Shown here piece by piece: positions 24,219-37,725 of a stretch of DNA of 64,000 nt; the first letter of the stretch is position 1, and each line of letters begins with the position of its first letter. The stretch is from Octopus bimaculoides (lineage: Eukaryota): contig NC_068988.1 of the NCBI RefSeq assembly GCF_001194135.2, forward strand, positions 47,233,586 through 47,297,585. Reading direction: 5' to 3'. Both the position numbers and the translations under genes were made by a program. The notes under the pieces are model-generated. The model was not told the origin of the DNA, searched no databases, and saw nothing but the letters and a program-made list of their open reading frames with translations.

Positions 24219-25203
24219 TGAATCCAAACAAAGAAGAACAAACAAGAAAAAACAACCACGTGAGGACGTGGTACTAGTACTGTTTCATAAGACGCTCAGG
24301 AAAGAAAGGATTTTAAGTTTCGAGCAAAGCTCTTCTTCAAAATTAAAGGAAGTACATACACACAAAGACATATGCAGGAATATGTATGACTATGTTTGCC
24401 TACGTATATATATAAGCATTTATGTATACGCATACGCATACACATTAGATTTATGTATATGAGGCTATAAGGTAAGATTTTGCATTTTCACTTAATACTG
24501 TATATCGGAAATAGAGTGTTTGTTTATTTCTTCACTGCATAAACATAATGCTGTCACAAATAATTGATAGTTATTGAAAACTGGTGAAAATGTCTCGCTG
24601 AAATTAATTGTGATGTAACCTGAAAAGCGTCTATAGCATGTATCTTATTACTGAATGAATATATATATATGTAACCATCGTCATCAACCTCACCACCATT
24701 TTACACGAGCAGTTCATGCTAACATGTGTTGAATAAATCACATGGTACAAGCGTATTCTTATTCGAATTAGTCTTCGCTTGGAAGATCAGAGGATCATGT
24801 CACATGCGTACAATTTTTAGCATGATTTCTATGGCCGGATAGCCTTCACAACTCCAGCGAATTTTTGTTATACATTTTGTGCATTTTTACGTGGCAGCAG
24901 CACTAGGGTGGTTGCCATATCCCTGGCAAAACAAAACTGAATGCTACCGTTGGCTGTATATTTTCTCCGGTCTTTCTCTAAACACTTGATAGAATGTACA
25001 AAGTACTAGGTGCCTGTTATTGTGGAACCAGCACCACATCGTGAATTCGTTCCGTTCATTCACCAAAGACTTCGTAGACTGTACTGGGCGCATAGTTTCG
25101 TGATGCCAGGGCCTTTTATCCCACAATATAGAAGAGTCTTCTTTATTCTAAATTGTCTTCGTTTATTCAGGATCAATAGAGTGAAAAAGACAAAAGACAA
25201 ATA

Positions 25204-25595
25204 GGCGCAGGTGTGGCTATTTAGTAAGAAACTTGCTTCCATACCACATGGTTCCGGGTTCAGTCCCACTCCATGACACCTTGGGCAAGTGTCTTCTACT
25301 ATAGCCTCGGCCGACCAAAGCCTTGTGAGTGGATTTGGTAGACGGAAACTGAAAGAAGCCCGTATATGTGCGTGTGTATTTATGAATGTGTGAGTCTGTG
25401 CTTGTCCCCCACCACCGTCATCGCTTGACAACCGATGCTGGTGAGTTTATGTTCTCGTAACTTAGCGGTTCGGCAAAAGAGACCGAGAGAATAAGTACTA
25501 GGCTTACAAAGAATAAGTCCAGAGATCGATTTCTTCTATTAAGGTGGTGCTCCAGCATGACCGCAGTCAAATGAGTGAAACGGGTAAAAGAATAA
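25204..25595 (+). mobile_element. Full-length SINE family B (tRNA head, CORE-like segment, central microsatellite, 3' half)
   Basis: A-box-like GTGGCTATTTAGT; B-box-like GGTTCAGTCCC; ACCTTGGGCAAGTGTCTT resembles the CORE-SINE motif; 3' GGTGGTGCTCCAGCATGACCGCAGTC. Confidence 0.85.
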
Positions 25596-25729
25596 ACAAA
25601 TAAAATAGAGAATCTGATGATAAGGGGATAAAACAGATCGACTGAGGGTGATATTTTGGTCAGGAGGATTAAATGAAATATACAACGCTAGTGAGATCAA
25701 TGGTAGGGGAAGAGTAATAGCAGTGCTTA

Positions 25730-25960
25730 ATAGGGAGCTGGCAGAAACGTTAGCACACCGGGCGAAATGCTTTGCGGTATTTCGTCGGCCGTTACGTTCT
25801 GAGTTCAAATTCCGCCGTGGTCGACTTTGCTTTTTATCTTTTCGGAGTCGATTAAATAAGTACCAGTTAATCACTAGGGTCGATGTAATCGAGTTAATCT
25901 CCTTGTCTGTCCTTGTTGGTCCCCTCTATGTTTAGCCCCCTGTGGGCAATACAGAAAAAA
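25730..25960 (+). mobile_element. SINE family A copy with long 3' tail
   Basis: Well-preserved family A motifs; tail TGTCTGTCCTTGTTGGTCCCCTCTATGTTTAGCCCCCTGTGG. Confidence 0.9.
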
Positions 25961-26241
25961 AATAATGGCCAAGATTGACGAGAAAAAAATACTAAGTCAT
26001 GTACGTGTCAGGTGTTTAGCCATAGAGTGAGAGTGAGAGCGAGAGTGAGACAAAGCGAGAGAGTGAGAAAGACAGAGGGAGAGAGAGAAGGAGGAGTAGA
26101 GAGTAGTAAAAATGGTGATGGTTGTTGATGTCAAGTCAACCAAAAGAAATGGAGTGGTAGCTGAATAGTTAAAGCGAAATATTGTCAGCAGGTAGGTAAA
26201 GCGGGGAGTCATGAATAGCCATGGGTATGGGTATTGGTAAG

Positions 26242-26289
<48 letters not shown>

Positions 26290-26654
26290 TGACAGACAGA
26301 AAGACAGTGAGAGAGACCGAAAGTCAGAGTGAGATGAAAATAAGTGTGACCCTGAAAGAAAGGGGTGTGGGTGGCAATGCGCAGTGCATGGTAATAAATG
26401 AAGTGCATCGGACATCAAATGACCTGATCTATCACGCTGGTAGGGCGTCATGATGAAGAGGACAGTGACGTGTCTGTAGTAGAGAATTGACTATGTACAG
26501 AGCATGTGTTATCAATCATTTGACAGCTTCAATGAATTGGAGATCGAACGAGTAATAGAACGGAGATCGTACTGAATAGGCAGGAGGAGCAGTAAGTGGA
26601 GATCTTGCAAGTTCAAAATAGGTTAAACAATACAAATATAGATATCTATTATCT

Positions 26655-27385
26655 TATACTTTTTACTTGTTTCAGTCATTAGACTACAGTGATGCTGGGG
26701 CACCGCCTTGAGATTTTAGTCGAATGAATAGGCCCCTAGGACTTATTTTTTTAGCCTAGTACTTATTCTATCGGTCTCTTTGGCCGAACCACTATTTGAC
26801 GGGGACGCAAATACACCAACACCGGTTGCCAAGTGGTAGTGGGGAGACAGAGACCTAGCGGCACACACACATATGCAGAAGATTGAAAAGTAGCACACGA
26901 GTTGATATGTATAAGGAAAATATAAGGAAAATAGGACAAAATAGAAAATGCTAAAATGATTTTACCATGAAGAACATTTTAGTACCGGTTTCAGTCTTTG
27001 CGACTTTTTCAACTTAGAGTAAAGCACGAAAAACAATTAAATTGTGGAAAAATTATATGAAATGTTTTTTTTTTTAATATTTCATTTCATTTTTCCACAA
27101 TTTAATTGTTTTTCATGCTTTACTCTAAATTGAAAAAGTCGCAAAGACTGGAACCGGCACTAAAATGTTCTTCATGATAAAATCATTTTAGCATTTACTA
27201 TCTTATCCTATTTTCCTTATATATATACGACGAACTTTTTTCAGTTTCCGTCTACCAAATCCAATCACAATGCTTTGGTCGATGCGATGTTATAGTAGAA
27301 GACACTAGGGAAAGGTGCCACGCAGTGGGACTGAACCCGGATCCATGTGGCTGGGAAGCAAGTTTCTTACCACACTGCTACATAT
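26655..27385 (-). mobile_element. SINE family B split by an inserted palindromic element (3' half 26655-26870; 5' half 27225-27385)
   Basis: Both halves are recognisable on either side of 26905-27221. Confidence 0.75.
26921..27221. repeat. About 300-bp palindrome (arms 26921-27064 and 27083-27221) with a hammerhead-like motif in each arm
   Basis: Arms are near-exact reverse complements (about 90% by eye); 18-nt T-rich spacer. Confidence 0.9.
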
Positions 27386-28614
27386 TTAATGATTCACAAC
27401 TGCATTGGGTATTCACATTTAATATAATTTTTTTGTATGTTGCCTCGGTGGTAGTCGCTTTTCTCTCCCAGTTTTTTTTTTGATTTTTTTTTTACCAATA
27501 ATTATAGTTCTATGCCATCATTATCGAGAAGTGAAAACAATATAAGATTAGTGTCACATATCTACTTCAGTCTCCTTTTCTCACAAGATTCATCCAAATT
27601 AAACGCTCGAAACTTGCACATGTTGACATTTGTACGCAGAAGAGACCCAGACAAACACCGAATCCTTTCTAGCACATTACATCTATCTGTTTTTAAATCT
27701 AACATACTGTAACCTCGATTTCTCGTACATTATATCTACCTCTCTTTAAATCTAGCATAATGTCACCTCCATTTCTTCTATAGTTCATGCACACTAACAT
27801 TATAGTTTTAAGAAAGCCAACTCACTTCATTTCTTTCTAGAATTCACAAGGGGAACAACTCTCTTGTGTAGAAAATAATTCGACAAAGACATCATATGAT
27901 CTCCGCTTCTTAGGTTACATAACAGAAGCTAACAAAAAATACACACACACACACACACACACAAACATACGCACGCACGCACATGCACGTGCGCACATAA
28001 CACATACGCATACACGCATACAGATGTACGTATGCATATATATATATACATATACATACATATATATATTTATATGCATCTAAATGTATACAGAGAGAGA
28101 GAGAGAAAAAAAGAGAGAAAGAGAGGGAGAGAGAGGGAGGGAGAAAGATACCAACATATATAGAAATATATATATTTATCGATATATCTATATACATTTA
28201 AGTAAATATACACATACATGTATATACTACTCGTGCACACTGTTATTTATGTATATATATGCGTGTATATATATAAGCATATATGTATGTATCTGTATAT
28301 ATGTGTGTATATATATATGCATACATATGTATATATATTTATAAATATATATGTATGTATATGTTTGTGTATACACACATACATATATACACAGAAACAT
28401 ATGTAGATGTATACATTTGTGTATGTGAGTATGAATATATGTACATATACATGAGGAAATATCGTGATGAAGGTTTTTGATTTCCAATGTGAGAAAATCT
28501 TTCGAAGGAAATGTCTTGCTAATTTTGAGATCTGTGTGAATATCATGCTTCTTCCAGAAAATTAAAACCAAAACTAAATCTATGAAACATCAATTTGTTC
28601 TTAACTTGTGTCAG

Positions 28615-28660
28615 ATGGCACCAGCAGATCATGAATCTCCTGGTGAAGTTCCTTTCTCAG
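28615..28660 (+). CDS. Candidate 46-nt exon (MAPADHESPGEVPFS + G), unidentified
   Basis: TTAAC..TGTGTCAG acceptor and CAG|GTAATT donor; no homology recognised. Confidence 0.3.
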
Positions 28661-28924
28661 GTAATTCACTCCTCCTCTTAGAATTATTTTTCCTCATATA
28701 TNNNNNNNNNNTATATATATATATATATATATCCTAACATTTTCTATTTTTAGTGTTGATGTACCAAATCGACAGTGAATAATTTCAAATTTCCTACATT
28801 ATCGAGATCATTGCATTTCGATAATGTTCCACATGTATTAGTGCTTTCCATACCAACCTTCCTTAAAACCTTCGTCTCTGATTCGTTGATACAAATTGTC
28901 ATTTCTGCAATGTGTTTATTTTAA

Positions 28925-29595
28925 TATTGGTTTCAAGTTTTGGCACAATACCAGCAAATACGGGAAGTATGGTTGTAATTCTCCAGTGCTCAAATTGTAC
29001 TAATTTTACTGACCCCGAAAATATCAAAGGCAAAGTCGACCTCGTCGGAATTTGAACTCTGGCCGTAAAGACAGACGAGATGCTGCTAAGCATTTTAATC
29101 GGGGTGCTAACGATTCTGCCAGCTCACTGCCTTAGTGTGTATATTGAGATTACGAAACCTAAGGGATGCGAGCTGGTGGAACCGTTAGCACGCCCGAAAA
29201 AATACTTTCGTCTGACTTTACGTTTCGAGTTCGAATTCGGCTGAGGTCGACTTTGCATTTCACTGTTTGAGGCTCGATAAAATAAGTACCAGTCATGTAC
29301 TGAGGTCGATATAATCGACTTACCCCTCCTCCCAAAATTGCTGGCCATGTGCCAAAATTTGCAACCAGTTTTAACAAATATTACCTAAGGTGGCGATTTG
29401 GCAGAATCGTTAACACGTCATGTGATATACTCAGTGGCATTTAATCCGCCTTCACGTCCTGAGTTCAAATTCCTCCGAGGTCAAGTCTGCCCTTTATTTA
29501 TCTAAAATCGATAAAATAGGTACCAGTCGATAAAATAAGTACTGGAGTTAATGTAAACGACATTGCTAGCTTTCTGTCAAAATTTGAAACCAATA
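28925..29595. mobile_element. Three SINE family A copies (28925-29135 minus; 29160-29370 plus; 29385-29595 plus)
   Basis: Family A motifs repeated three times. Confidence 0.85.
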
Positions 29596-29889
29596 CTAAA
29601 ACTCCTCTTTTGATTTGAAGTCGCTGCTTATCTTAGGTTATGATCTAGGAATCGTATTAATAATTGTTACCAAAAACGGCAAAAAGCCAGCAATTTTGAG
29701 GATAAAGTGTAAGCCGTTACTATCCATACTGCTACTCTAACCCCCCCCCCCCCAAAAAAAAAAAAACGGAACAAGAACGTAATGGACGACAAATGAAAAC
29801 ATACGGGTAGACAGACGATACAAGGACGGAGACGAAAACCAGGACGGAACATTCGTGGCTTTCTATTCATCAGTCAAGCTTCCAATTAT

Positions 29890-30380
29890 CACTATAGTTT
29901 CGGCCTGTTACACTCGAGGTTGTTCAAAATTGGTAGACCCCAAAAATCTAAGCTAAGAGCATTCAATTTTTGGAAGAAAGTTCTTAGTATCCAGGAGCTA
30001 ATCCTACGAGCTATATTGACCTTATTGTTGATGTGGGCACTCCAGCTGAGATTGCTGTCAACAATTACTCCTAGGTCTCTGGTATTATTATATGCTGTGA
30101 GTGGTTCTTCTGCGTGAAGTGAGTATAGCTATTTTAGCATAGACTTTTTTCCTAAAATGCACCAGCTAAAATTTTCCCTCGTTTAATTGCATTTTGTTTT
30201 TGTCTGCCCATTGACTAACGGCATGTAGATAAGACTGAATGTCAGTTCGGTCTTCTTCTCCGTTGATAATTTTCTGGATCTTGGAGTCATCGGCGAATGT
30301 TTTCAATTTGCTGTGTTTTATGATGTCGGAAAGGTCATTTATTTAGACTATAAAGAAGAGCGTGCCCAAGACTATATAAA
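29890..30380 (-). mobile_element. CR1/L2-like LINE reverse-transcriptase fragment
   Basis: GTLFFIV*INDLSDIIKHSKLKTFADDSKIQK..RDLGVIVDSNLSWSAHINNKVNIARRISSWILRTF (FADD motif, DLGV motif). Confidence 0.85.
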
Positions 30381-30468
30381 CAGTGAAGCTTTACTATAGC
30401 GTGGTAAATTTATCGACTGCTATTTCCAGTAAACATTGGTACCTTGTTGTACTACTACTCTCTCTCTT

Positions 30469-30499
<31 letters not shown>

Positions 30500-30722
30500 T
30501 TCTCGCTCTCTCTTTCTCTCTCTCTCTTTCTCTCTCTCTCTTTCTCTCTCTCTTTCGCTCTATCTCTACATTATATATATATATATATATNNNNNNNNNN
30601 NNNNNNNNNNNNNNNNNNNNNNNNNNNNNNNNNNNNNNNNNNNNNNNNNNNNNNNNNNNNNNNNNNNNNNNNNNNNNNNNNNNNNNNNNNNNNNNNNNNN
30701 NNNNNNNNNNNNNNNNNNNNNN

Positions 30723-30775
<53 letters not shown>

Positions 30776-31605
30776 AACAGATTCAAGCACTGAAACATAG
30801 ATATATTGGTATATTTTATAAGGAATAAATTACAAAATACATCAGTCATGAAATATGCATAAGGATATCGATATAGCCATGCAGGTATGTCTATAGGTGC
30901 ACCACCACGTGTGCATGCAGAGACAGAGATGTAGAAACATAGTTATACTTGTGAAACTATTGATGTTGAGTCGAAAGAATTATAAGCCACTATTTGCGTG
31001 GAAGTTGTTTTTTTACTCTCTTGCTTGTTGTTAACAACTGCAAATACATTTTATTTAATTATATAAACAAACTTGATCCGTTCTCTAAGTGTGACCAGGA
31101 GAGGCCCTGAGTTCCTACTGTTCGTAAATTGATTACACCATGTGTAGCATGACTCTAGTTGTAGTTTCGTATATGAAGATGGATGAGGGTTTCTTATTTT
31201 AAAAACAGCATGAAGTATTTAGTTTTCGATCTTTGGAGCACTATTGTGACTAAAGTTTAACTGTTTTAGTATTTCAGACACAATTATGTGTGGAAGGAAG
31301 TACGTATAACACATACACGCACACAAACATATATTCTGTTCTGTATCACTGGTTGTATTGAGAATATATAAATTTTGTATCACTGGTTATATTGAGAGAT
31401 TTTGACTAACACAACGTAAATGATATAAACACATTGTCGTTCTATACAATAATTTTATGTTCACATAAGAGAAGATTACTTGTAGTTTCAATCCTTTGTA
31501 GATATCCATATGCATATTATTTTTTACTATTTTATTCTTCTCACTTAATCCATTGTGACTTGCAAAGCGTCATTGCCTTCGAAAAATTCTGCGAGCGCTA
31601 ACGTA

Positions 31606-31814
31606 CGAGTGAGTGCTGAAAAGTTGCTGGCTTTGGGTAAAAGAAAATACAGGAGGATCAGTTTATGAGTTTGTTCAGCAATTTCACGTCTCAGATTCAC
31701 ACACTCATAGCACCGGTCCTTCAGTTTTTGTAAGTCTTGTAAGAAAAGGTTGAGCCTCCAACCAGCTCTTTTGCGATATCCTTAAATCCAGGAAATTTTC
31801 GGCAACCGCCCCCG
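31606..31814. mobile_element. Mariner-type MITE
   Basis: TA|CGAGTGAGTGCTGAAAAGTTGCTGG ... CCAGGAAATTTTCGGCAACCGCCCCCG|TA: imperfect TIRs with TA flanks. Confidence 0.7.
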
Positions 31815-32087
31815 TATACACACATATGCCCATATACAAACGTGTGCTTATATACATACATACATACATACATACATACGTACATACATACATAGATATG
31901 TGCGCGCTTGTGAGTGTGCGTGTGTGTGCGGTTGCTTGCGTATATAAATATATGCGTGCGTATATAGAGATATGAGCGTGCGTATACAGATATATGCGTG
32001 CATTCGATAATATGCGCAATTTTAGACGCGTTTTGACCTTGTCACTACACAGTAATTTCCCTTTCTTTTAACGGTCATTTTTCACAG

Positions 32088-32179
32088 GAATTTTCAATGG
32101 CCGGATAACTGAAGAGATGTTGATGTGGGCTCCAACCTTGGCATCCGAAACTCGGAGTTTTATCATGGCTACTGAATAA
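32088..32179 (+). CDS. Candidate terminal coding exon (GIFNGRITEEMLMWAPTLASETRSFIMATE*), unidentified
   Basis: Strong polypyrimidine acceptor TTTCCCTTTCTTTTAAC..TTTTTCACAG|G; phase-compatible with 28615-28660. Confidence 0.3.
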
Positions 32180-32196
32180 GTGTCACATATTTTTAC

Positions 32197-32249
<53 letters not shown>

Positions 32250-32917
32250 TACATATAAACATGAATACATATATACAGATAGATATATAAACATATACGA
32301 ACACATCTATCAAGACAGATACACAGACAGGCAGTTGGATGGACGGACATTGAGAGAAATACACATATTGGATCACGGACAACTGATGGAACCGTGCAGT
32401 TAGCAAGGAAAAAATAGAAGCCCATTCTGACCTGCGATAGCAAAAATACAAAACTCCATCGATGGTATGAGATGACAAAGCTACATCGCATGAAAAAGTA
32501 CTGCACCTTTTCTGTTTCTCTTGTATTTGTTATGTATCGTATTAGTTGGTTCTTTCTTTTTCTGAAGACCAAAGCTGAGCCAGATTGTCAATAGGCACTT
32601 GATAACATAAGTAAGTACACCAATTATTTATAAAACGGTGAGTTTATAATCTGAGGAGAGAAGCTGACGATTTTGAAGCAGTTTTCCATAATCAACCTAT
32701 TATTTTGTCTGATATTTATTGAAGAGGTAATCACATCACCATGTCAGCTGATCTCAATGACGTCACATACTTTTTTGTATGTTCCAAACATGTAGATCCA
32801 GTCTGTTGTGTTTGCACTTTGGGAAAAGGACGCAGAGGAAACAAGTCAACCTGTGTAGCTGGTGGCGATGCAATGGAAGCACATTGTGACCTGCGATGTA
32901 TAAAGACAACTGAGAAA

Positions 32918-32957
<40 letters not shown>

Positions 32958-32959
32958 CC

Positions 32960-33338
32960 ATATGACGTGCTTCTTTCAGTTTCCGTATACAGATCCACTC
33001 AGAGGGCTTTGGTCGGAGTGAGGCTATAGTGGAAGACACTTGTCAATGGTGCCAAGCAGTAGGACAAAACATGCTTGGGAAGTAAACTTCTTGCAACAGC
33101 GCCATGCCTGCGCCTCTACATTCTTTTATTTTTGTATTTGCTTCAGTCATTTGACTGCGGCCATGCTGGAGCACCGCTTTTAGTCAAACAGATCGACCCT
33201 AGAACATATTCTATCGGTCACTTTTGCCGAACTGGTAAGTTACGGGAACGTGAACACATCAACATCGGTTGTCAAGCGATGGTGGAGGGGGACAAACACA
33301 GACACGCAAACATATATACATACATACATACTCATATA

Positions 33339-33385
<47 letters not shown>

Positions 33386-33535
33386 CATGCTTCTTTCAGT
33401 TTCCGACTACCATATCCACTCGCAAGGCCTTGGTCGGCCCGAGGCTATAGTAGAAGACACTTGCCCAAGGTGCCACGCAGTGGGACTGAATCTGGAACCA
33501 TGTGGCTGGTAAGCAAGCTACTTACCACACAGCCA
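32960..33535 (-). mobile_element. SINE family B: 5' half (32960-33095) plus a full copy (33125-33535)
   Basis: CTTTCAGTTTCCG..AGGCTATAGTRGAAGACACTTG.. occurs twice; GCGGCCATGCTGGAGCACCGC. Confidence 0.85.
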
Positions 33536-34053
33536 ATCATATCTAATTTAAATACATGTATATGTATGTAGCGCGTACTCAAATGTTGATTTTGTCAAAT
33601 CAATCAGGAAAGGTAACTCAATACATCATAGAGTACACATTATGTTTAGTTTATTCATTTCTCATGACTCACGTTTCGCACTGCTGTGGTCATCAGGCAA
33701 GTCCTGCAATAACGCTGTATATCACTTCCTTAAATTGGATGTTATGAGAGTTACCGTTTGTATGTACATATACTTACATATATATGTGTGTCAGTTACTG
33801 TATATGCTTGTATGTAATTGTGTGTATGAGTGTGTGTGTGTGAGTGTGTGTGTGAGTACATGCATACATACATGCACACATGCATACAGGTAGACAGATA
33901 TTCTAAATTAGATTAATATATTTATAACTTGTAATTTAATTCAGTCAACCGAAATCCATGTCTATGAATATACACCCATGAATAAACATGTGATAAACAC
34001 TCATATTGACATGCCTGCATAGAACTAATATAGAACTAATACATACAAACATG

Positions 34054-34084
<31 letters not shown>

Positions 34085-34378
34085 NNNNNNNNNNNNNNNN
34101 NNNNNNNNNNNNNNNNNNNNNNNNNNNNNNNNNNNNNNNNNNNNNNNNNNNNNNNNNNNNNNNNNNNNNNNNNNNNNNNNNNNNNNNNNNNNNNNNNNNN
34201 NNNNNNNNNNNNNNNNNNNNNNNNNNNNNNNNNNNNNNNNNNNNNNNNNNNNNNNNNNNNNNNNNNNNNNNNNNNNNNNNNNNNNNNNNNNNNNNNNNNN
34301 NNNNNNNNNNNNNNNNNNNNNNNNNNNNNNNNNNNNNNNNNNNNNNNNNNNNNNNNNNNNNNNNNNNNNNNNNNNNNN

Positions 34379-34420
<42 letters not shown>

Positions 34421-35924
34421 AAGTATATATAAATATACATATATATGTGCATATATATATATTCTGCATTGTATCATATTTATACTCGTGTTCGTATGCT
34501 AGCAGATACATACATATATTCGTTCACATATATAGTCTAAAGCATATATGCACACATACCTTTTCACAAAAACATATGTACATCGATGTCTATATAATAT
34601 TTTATTATTGTGCACAGCAAGAAAACAAGCATAAAGAACAAAAAGAAAAAACAATTCGTAAACATAAAACAGCCATATTGCATGCAAAATAAGACAAAGA
34701 TACTGAAATGAGAATATATTTTTCGAAACGAATGACCAAGGTCATAATTAACAACTATTTAAGCTGGAGTTGTCATTAACCATAGATTAAGACAGATATG
34801 ATGAATTCTGGAGAGGCATAGTGGCATCGTGCTGGGGAAAATTATCTCTGTGTATCTGTTCGCTGTGAATCACCACGGAATTGACAGAAACTCATATTTC
34901 TTGTGTATCTTTGTTTCTTGATTAAATTTTGAAAAACACTAGACACGACCCGATGTATAGTTAGATTATGTTATAATAGATCCTGTGACAGGTAGTAATA
35001 ACTGCGGGACGTTCCTTTTCGAATGATGTACGACTTACATGTAATGATACGATGGGGTGCCACGTGGTGGAGGAAAGTTCAACGGGAATCGAATATGATT
35101 GGCTTTCATATATGATGTATGTACTGTGTTGGCCTGGTAGCGCGATGTGATATTTAGCTAGGTATACTCGCAAAAGATTGCGTTTCAGTGCATTCGCAAT
35201 TTTTGTTGTTCTTTATCATTTATTATATATATATATACGCGCGCACCTATACATATGCATATATCTATACACACATGGATACGCACTTACATATATATGC
35301 ATACATGTATATATANNNNNNNNNNNNNNNNNNNNNNNNNNNNNNNNNNNNNNNNNNNNNNNNNNNNNNNNNNNNNNNNNNNNNNNNNNNNNNNNNNNNN
35401 NNNNNNNNNNNNNNNNNNNNNNNNNNNNNNNNNNNNNNNNNNNNNNNNNNNNNNNNNNNNNNNNNNNNNNNNNNNNNNNNNNNNNNNNNNNNNNNNNNNN
35501 NNNNNNNNNNNNNNNNNNNNNNNNNNNNATATATATATATATATATAAGTATATATATATACTTCAGTGCTGCAGTCATTGGTGTTTTTGTTTATTTTTG
35601 TTGCTGCGGATTTTACTCTTTCTTTTGTAATTCTATTATGTACACCGCAATATTTAGAAACTTCTCTACATGTTTTCCGTTCAGTTCCCACCAGAGTCAT
35701 CAGTTTACTCAGATACTAGGGACTGGATAAATTGACTATGCACCTCATTCAAAATGTATGCATTCGCGTTTAAATCAAAATATTATAATTGCACTTGGTA
35801 CCATAAGACTGGTGAATGAATTTATTATGCTATTAACCAAATTACACAATAATTTGTGATATATTACGATATTTCAATTAAATACCAATATTTTGATTAT
35901 GTTAGGCAAGTATAGTTTAAATAA

Positions 35925-36125
35925 CGGTTTCAAATTTTGGCACAAAGCCAGGAGATGTGGGGGTGGTGATGTATATTGCATTGACCCTGATATTTCAGTG
36001 GTACTTATTTTATCGACTTCGAAAGGATAAAGGCAAATTCAACCTTAGCGGCATTGAGAACGTAAAGATAGACGTAATGCCACAAAGCAATTCGATGTGC
36101 TAACGGTTCTTCCAGTTCGCCGCTT
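35925..36125 (-). mobile_element. SINE family A copy
   Basis: Family motifs in reverse. Confidence 0.8.
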
Positions 36126-37091
36126 TGTATGGGTTAAATATTAAAAAAAAAAAAAATTATATATTCCTTATAGAATGTGTTCCACCCTTATTTTTATGGA
36201 AGCTTTTTAATTCATTTTGCAGGACGCTCGCTGTGTTAAATCCACAACTGCTTAGCTTTTACATAAGTGTAAAAAAAGAAAGAAACAAACAAACAAAGAA
36301 ACAAACAAACAAACAAAGACAATTCAATTTGCAAGTAAAACTCAGAGAAAGATACCTTATGGTAGTTGAATAAGCGGGAATGATCCACGGTCTGTCGCTA
36401 TTTATATGCAGTTGCAATTCACATTCTAATCAACTCCTGTTGGCTCGCCAAAACGACGATGTCTTTTACTGAAATGCCATGAAACATCCGATGATTCCAG
36501 TTCATATTAATGATGATATACTTCCTGTTAACCGAAGAGAGGAATTTTGCATTTTCAATTCATTTTGCTAATCTCTCTATTTCTCAAGCTTAGACAGGGG
36601 CATATATCCTGCAAATAACTTTCACACACTTTGCTCAATGATAACACTTAACTTCTTGTGCTTTTAGAATATTTAATGGGTCAGTCACAGGTTAATGTAG
36701 TGGATAAGAAAAACAACAAAATGACATCCATGCACTGCTTGATTCAGATTTGTATTTTCACGACGAAAATTTATTTATTTACCTCAGAATTTTATTACGG
36801 GATTCAACCACAAGCTAAAATGTACACCAGAAAATCTGAACTTCAATGGTCTTTAATTTATCGAAATTGTAGAAATAACTTGAGTATATTTGATTCTTTT
36901 GACATCAGTTGTTTGCAAACACGAAGGACTGACTACTGTCATTTTAATTCATCATGAAAACGGAAGCTTCCAAAATAACGTTATTCAAAGCAAATCAAAT
37001 CAATGTTCAATTTTATGATACAAATTGCCTTTTTTGTTTATTTATTTATTAATTGCTATTATCATTATTATTATTAAAATCATCATCATCA

Positions 37092-37143
<52 letters not shown>

Positions 37144-37464
37144 CATCATCATCATCATCATTATTATTATTATTATTATGCTTACGATCACAAGAAAGTT
37201 CTTATACAATTAACTGAAAGTGACGTTATTTAACTAAGCAACTAACGAAGGAGTGATAACTCCAACTGGTAGAAATAGCAGTCAAACCTCACTCCAAGCT
37301 ATCACATACTCTCTAGAAATTGTGAATAACATTGTATATTATAATTTGAGATGAACAAGGTCATGACTTGTATATCTTTGATAATAAATTTGCTTAAACA
37401 ATTACCCAAATGATTAACAATCTGTTTGAGAATCTATTATTATTGTTGTTGTTACCGATGTTGC

Positions 37465-37691
37465 TGGTAGACGCCGAACTAACAGAAACGGTAGCACGCC
37501 GGGCAAAATCCTTAGCGGCATTTAGTCAATCTTCAGGTTCTGAGTTCAAATTTCGCCGAGGTCGACATTGACTCTTAACCTTTGGAGGGTTAATGAAGTA
37601 AGTACCATTTGAGCACTTTGGTCTATGAAATCGACTTACCTCACTCCCAAGATTTCAGGCCTTATACCTATAGTAGGAAGGATTATTATAC

Positions 37692-37725
<34 letters not shown>

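Noticed and set aside
25204-25275. tRNA-like sequence with A and B boxes
   Set aside because: It is the head of multicopy SINE B and has no complete cloverleaf, so it is not a tRNA gene.
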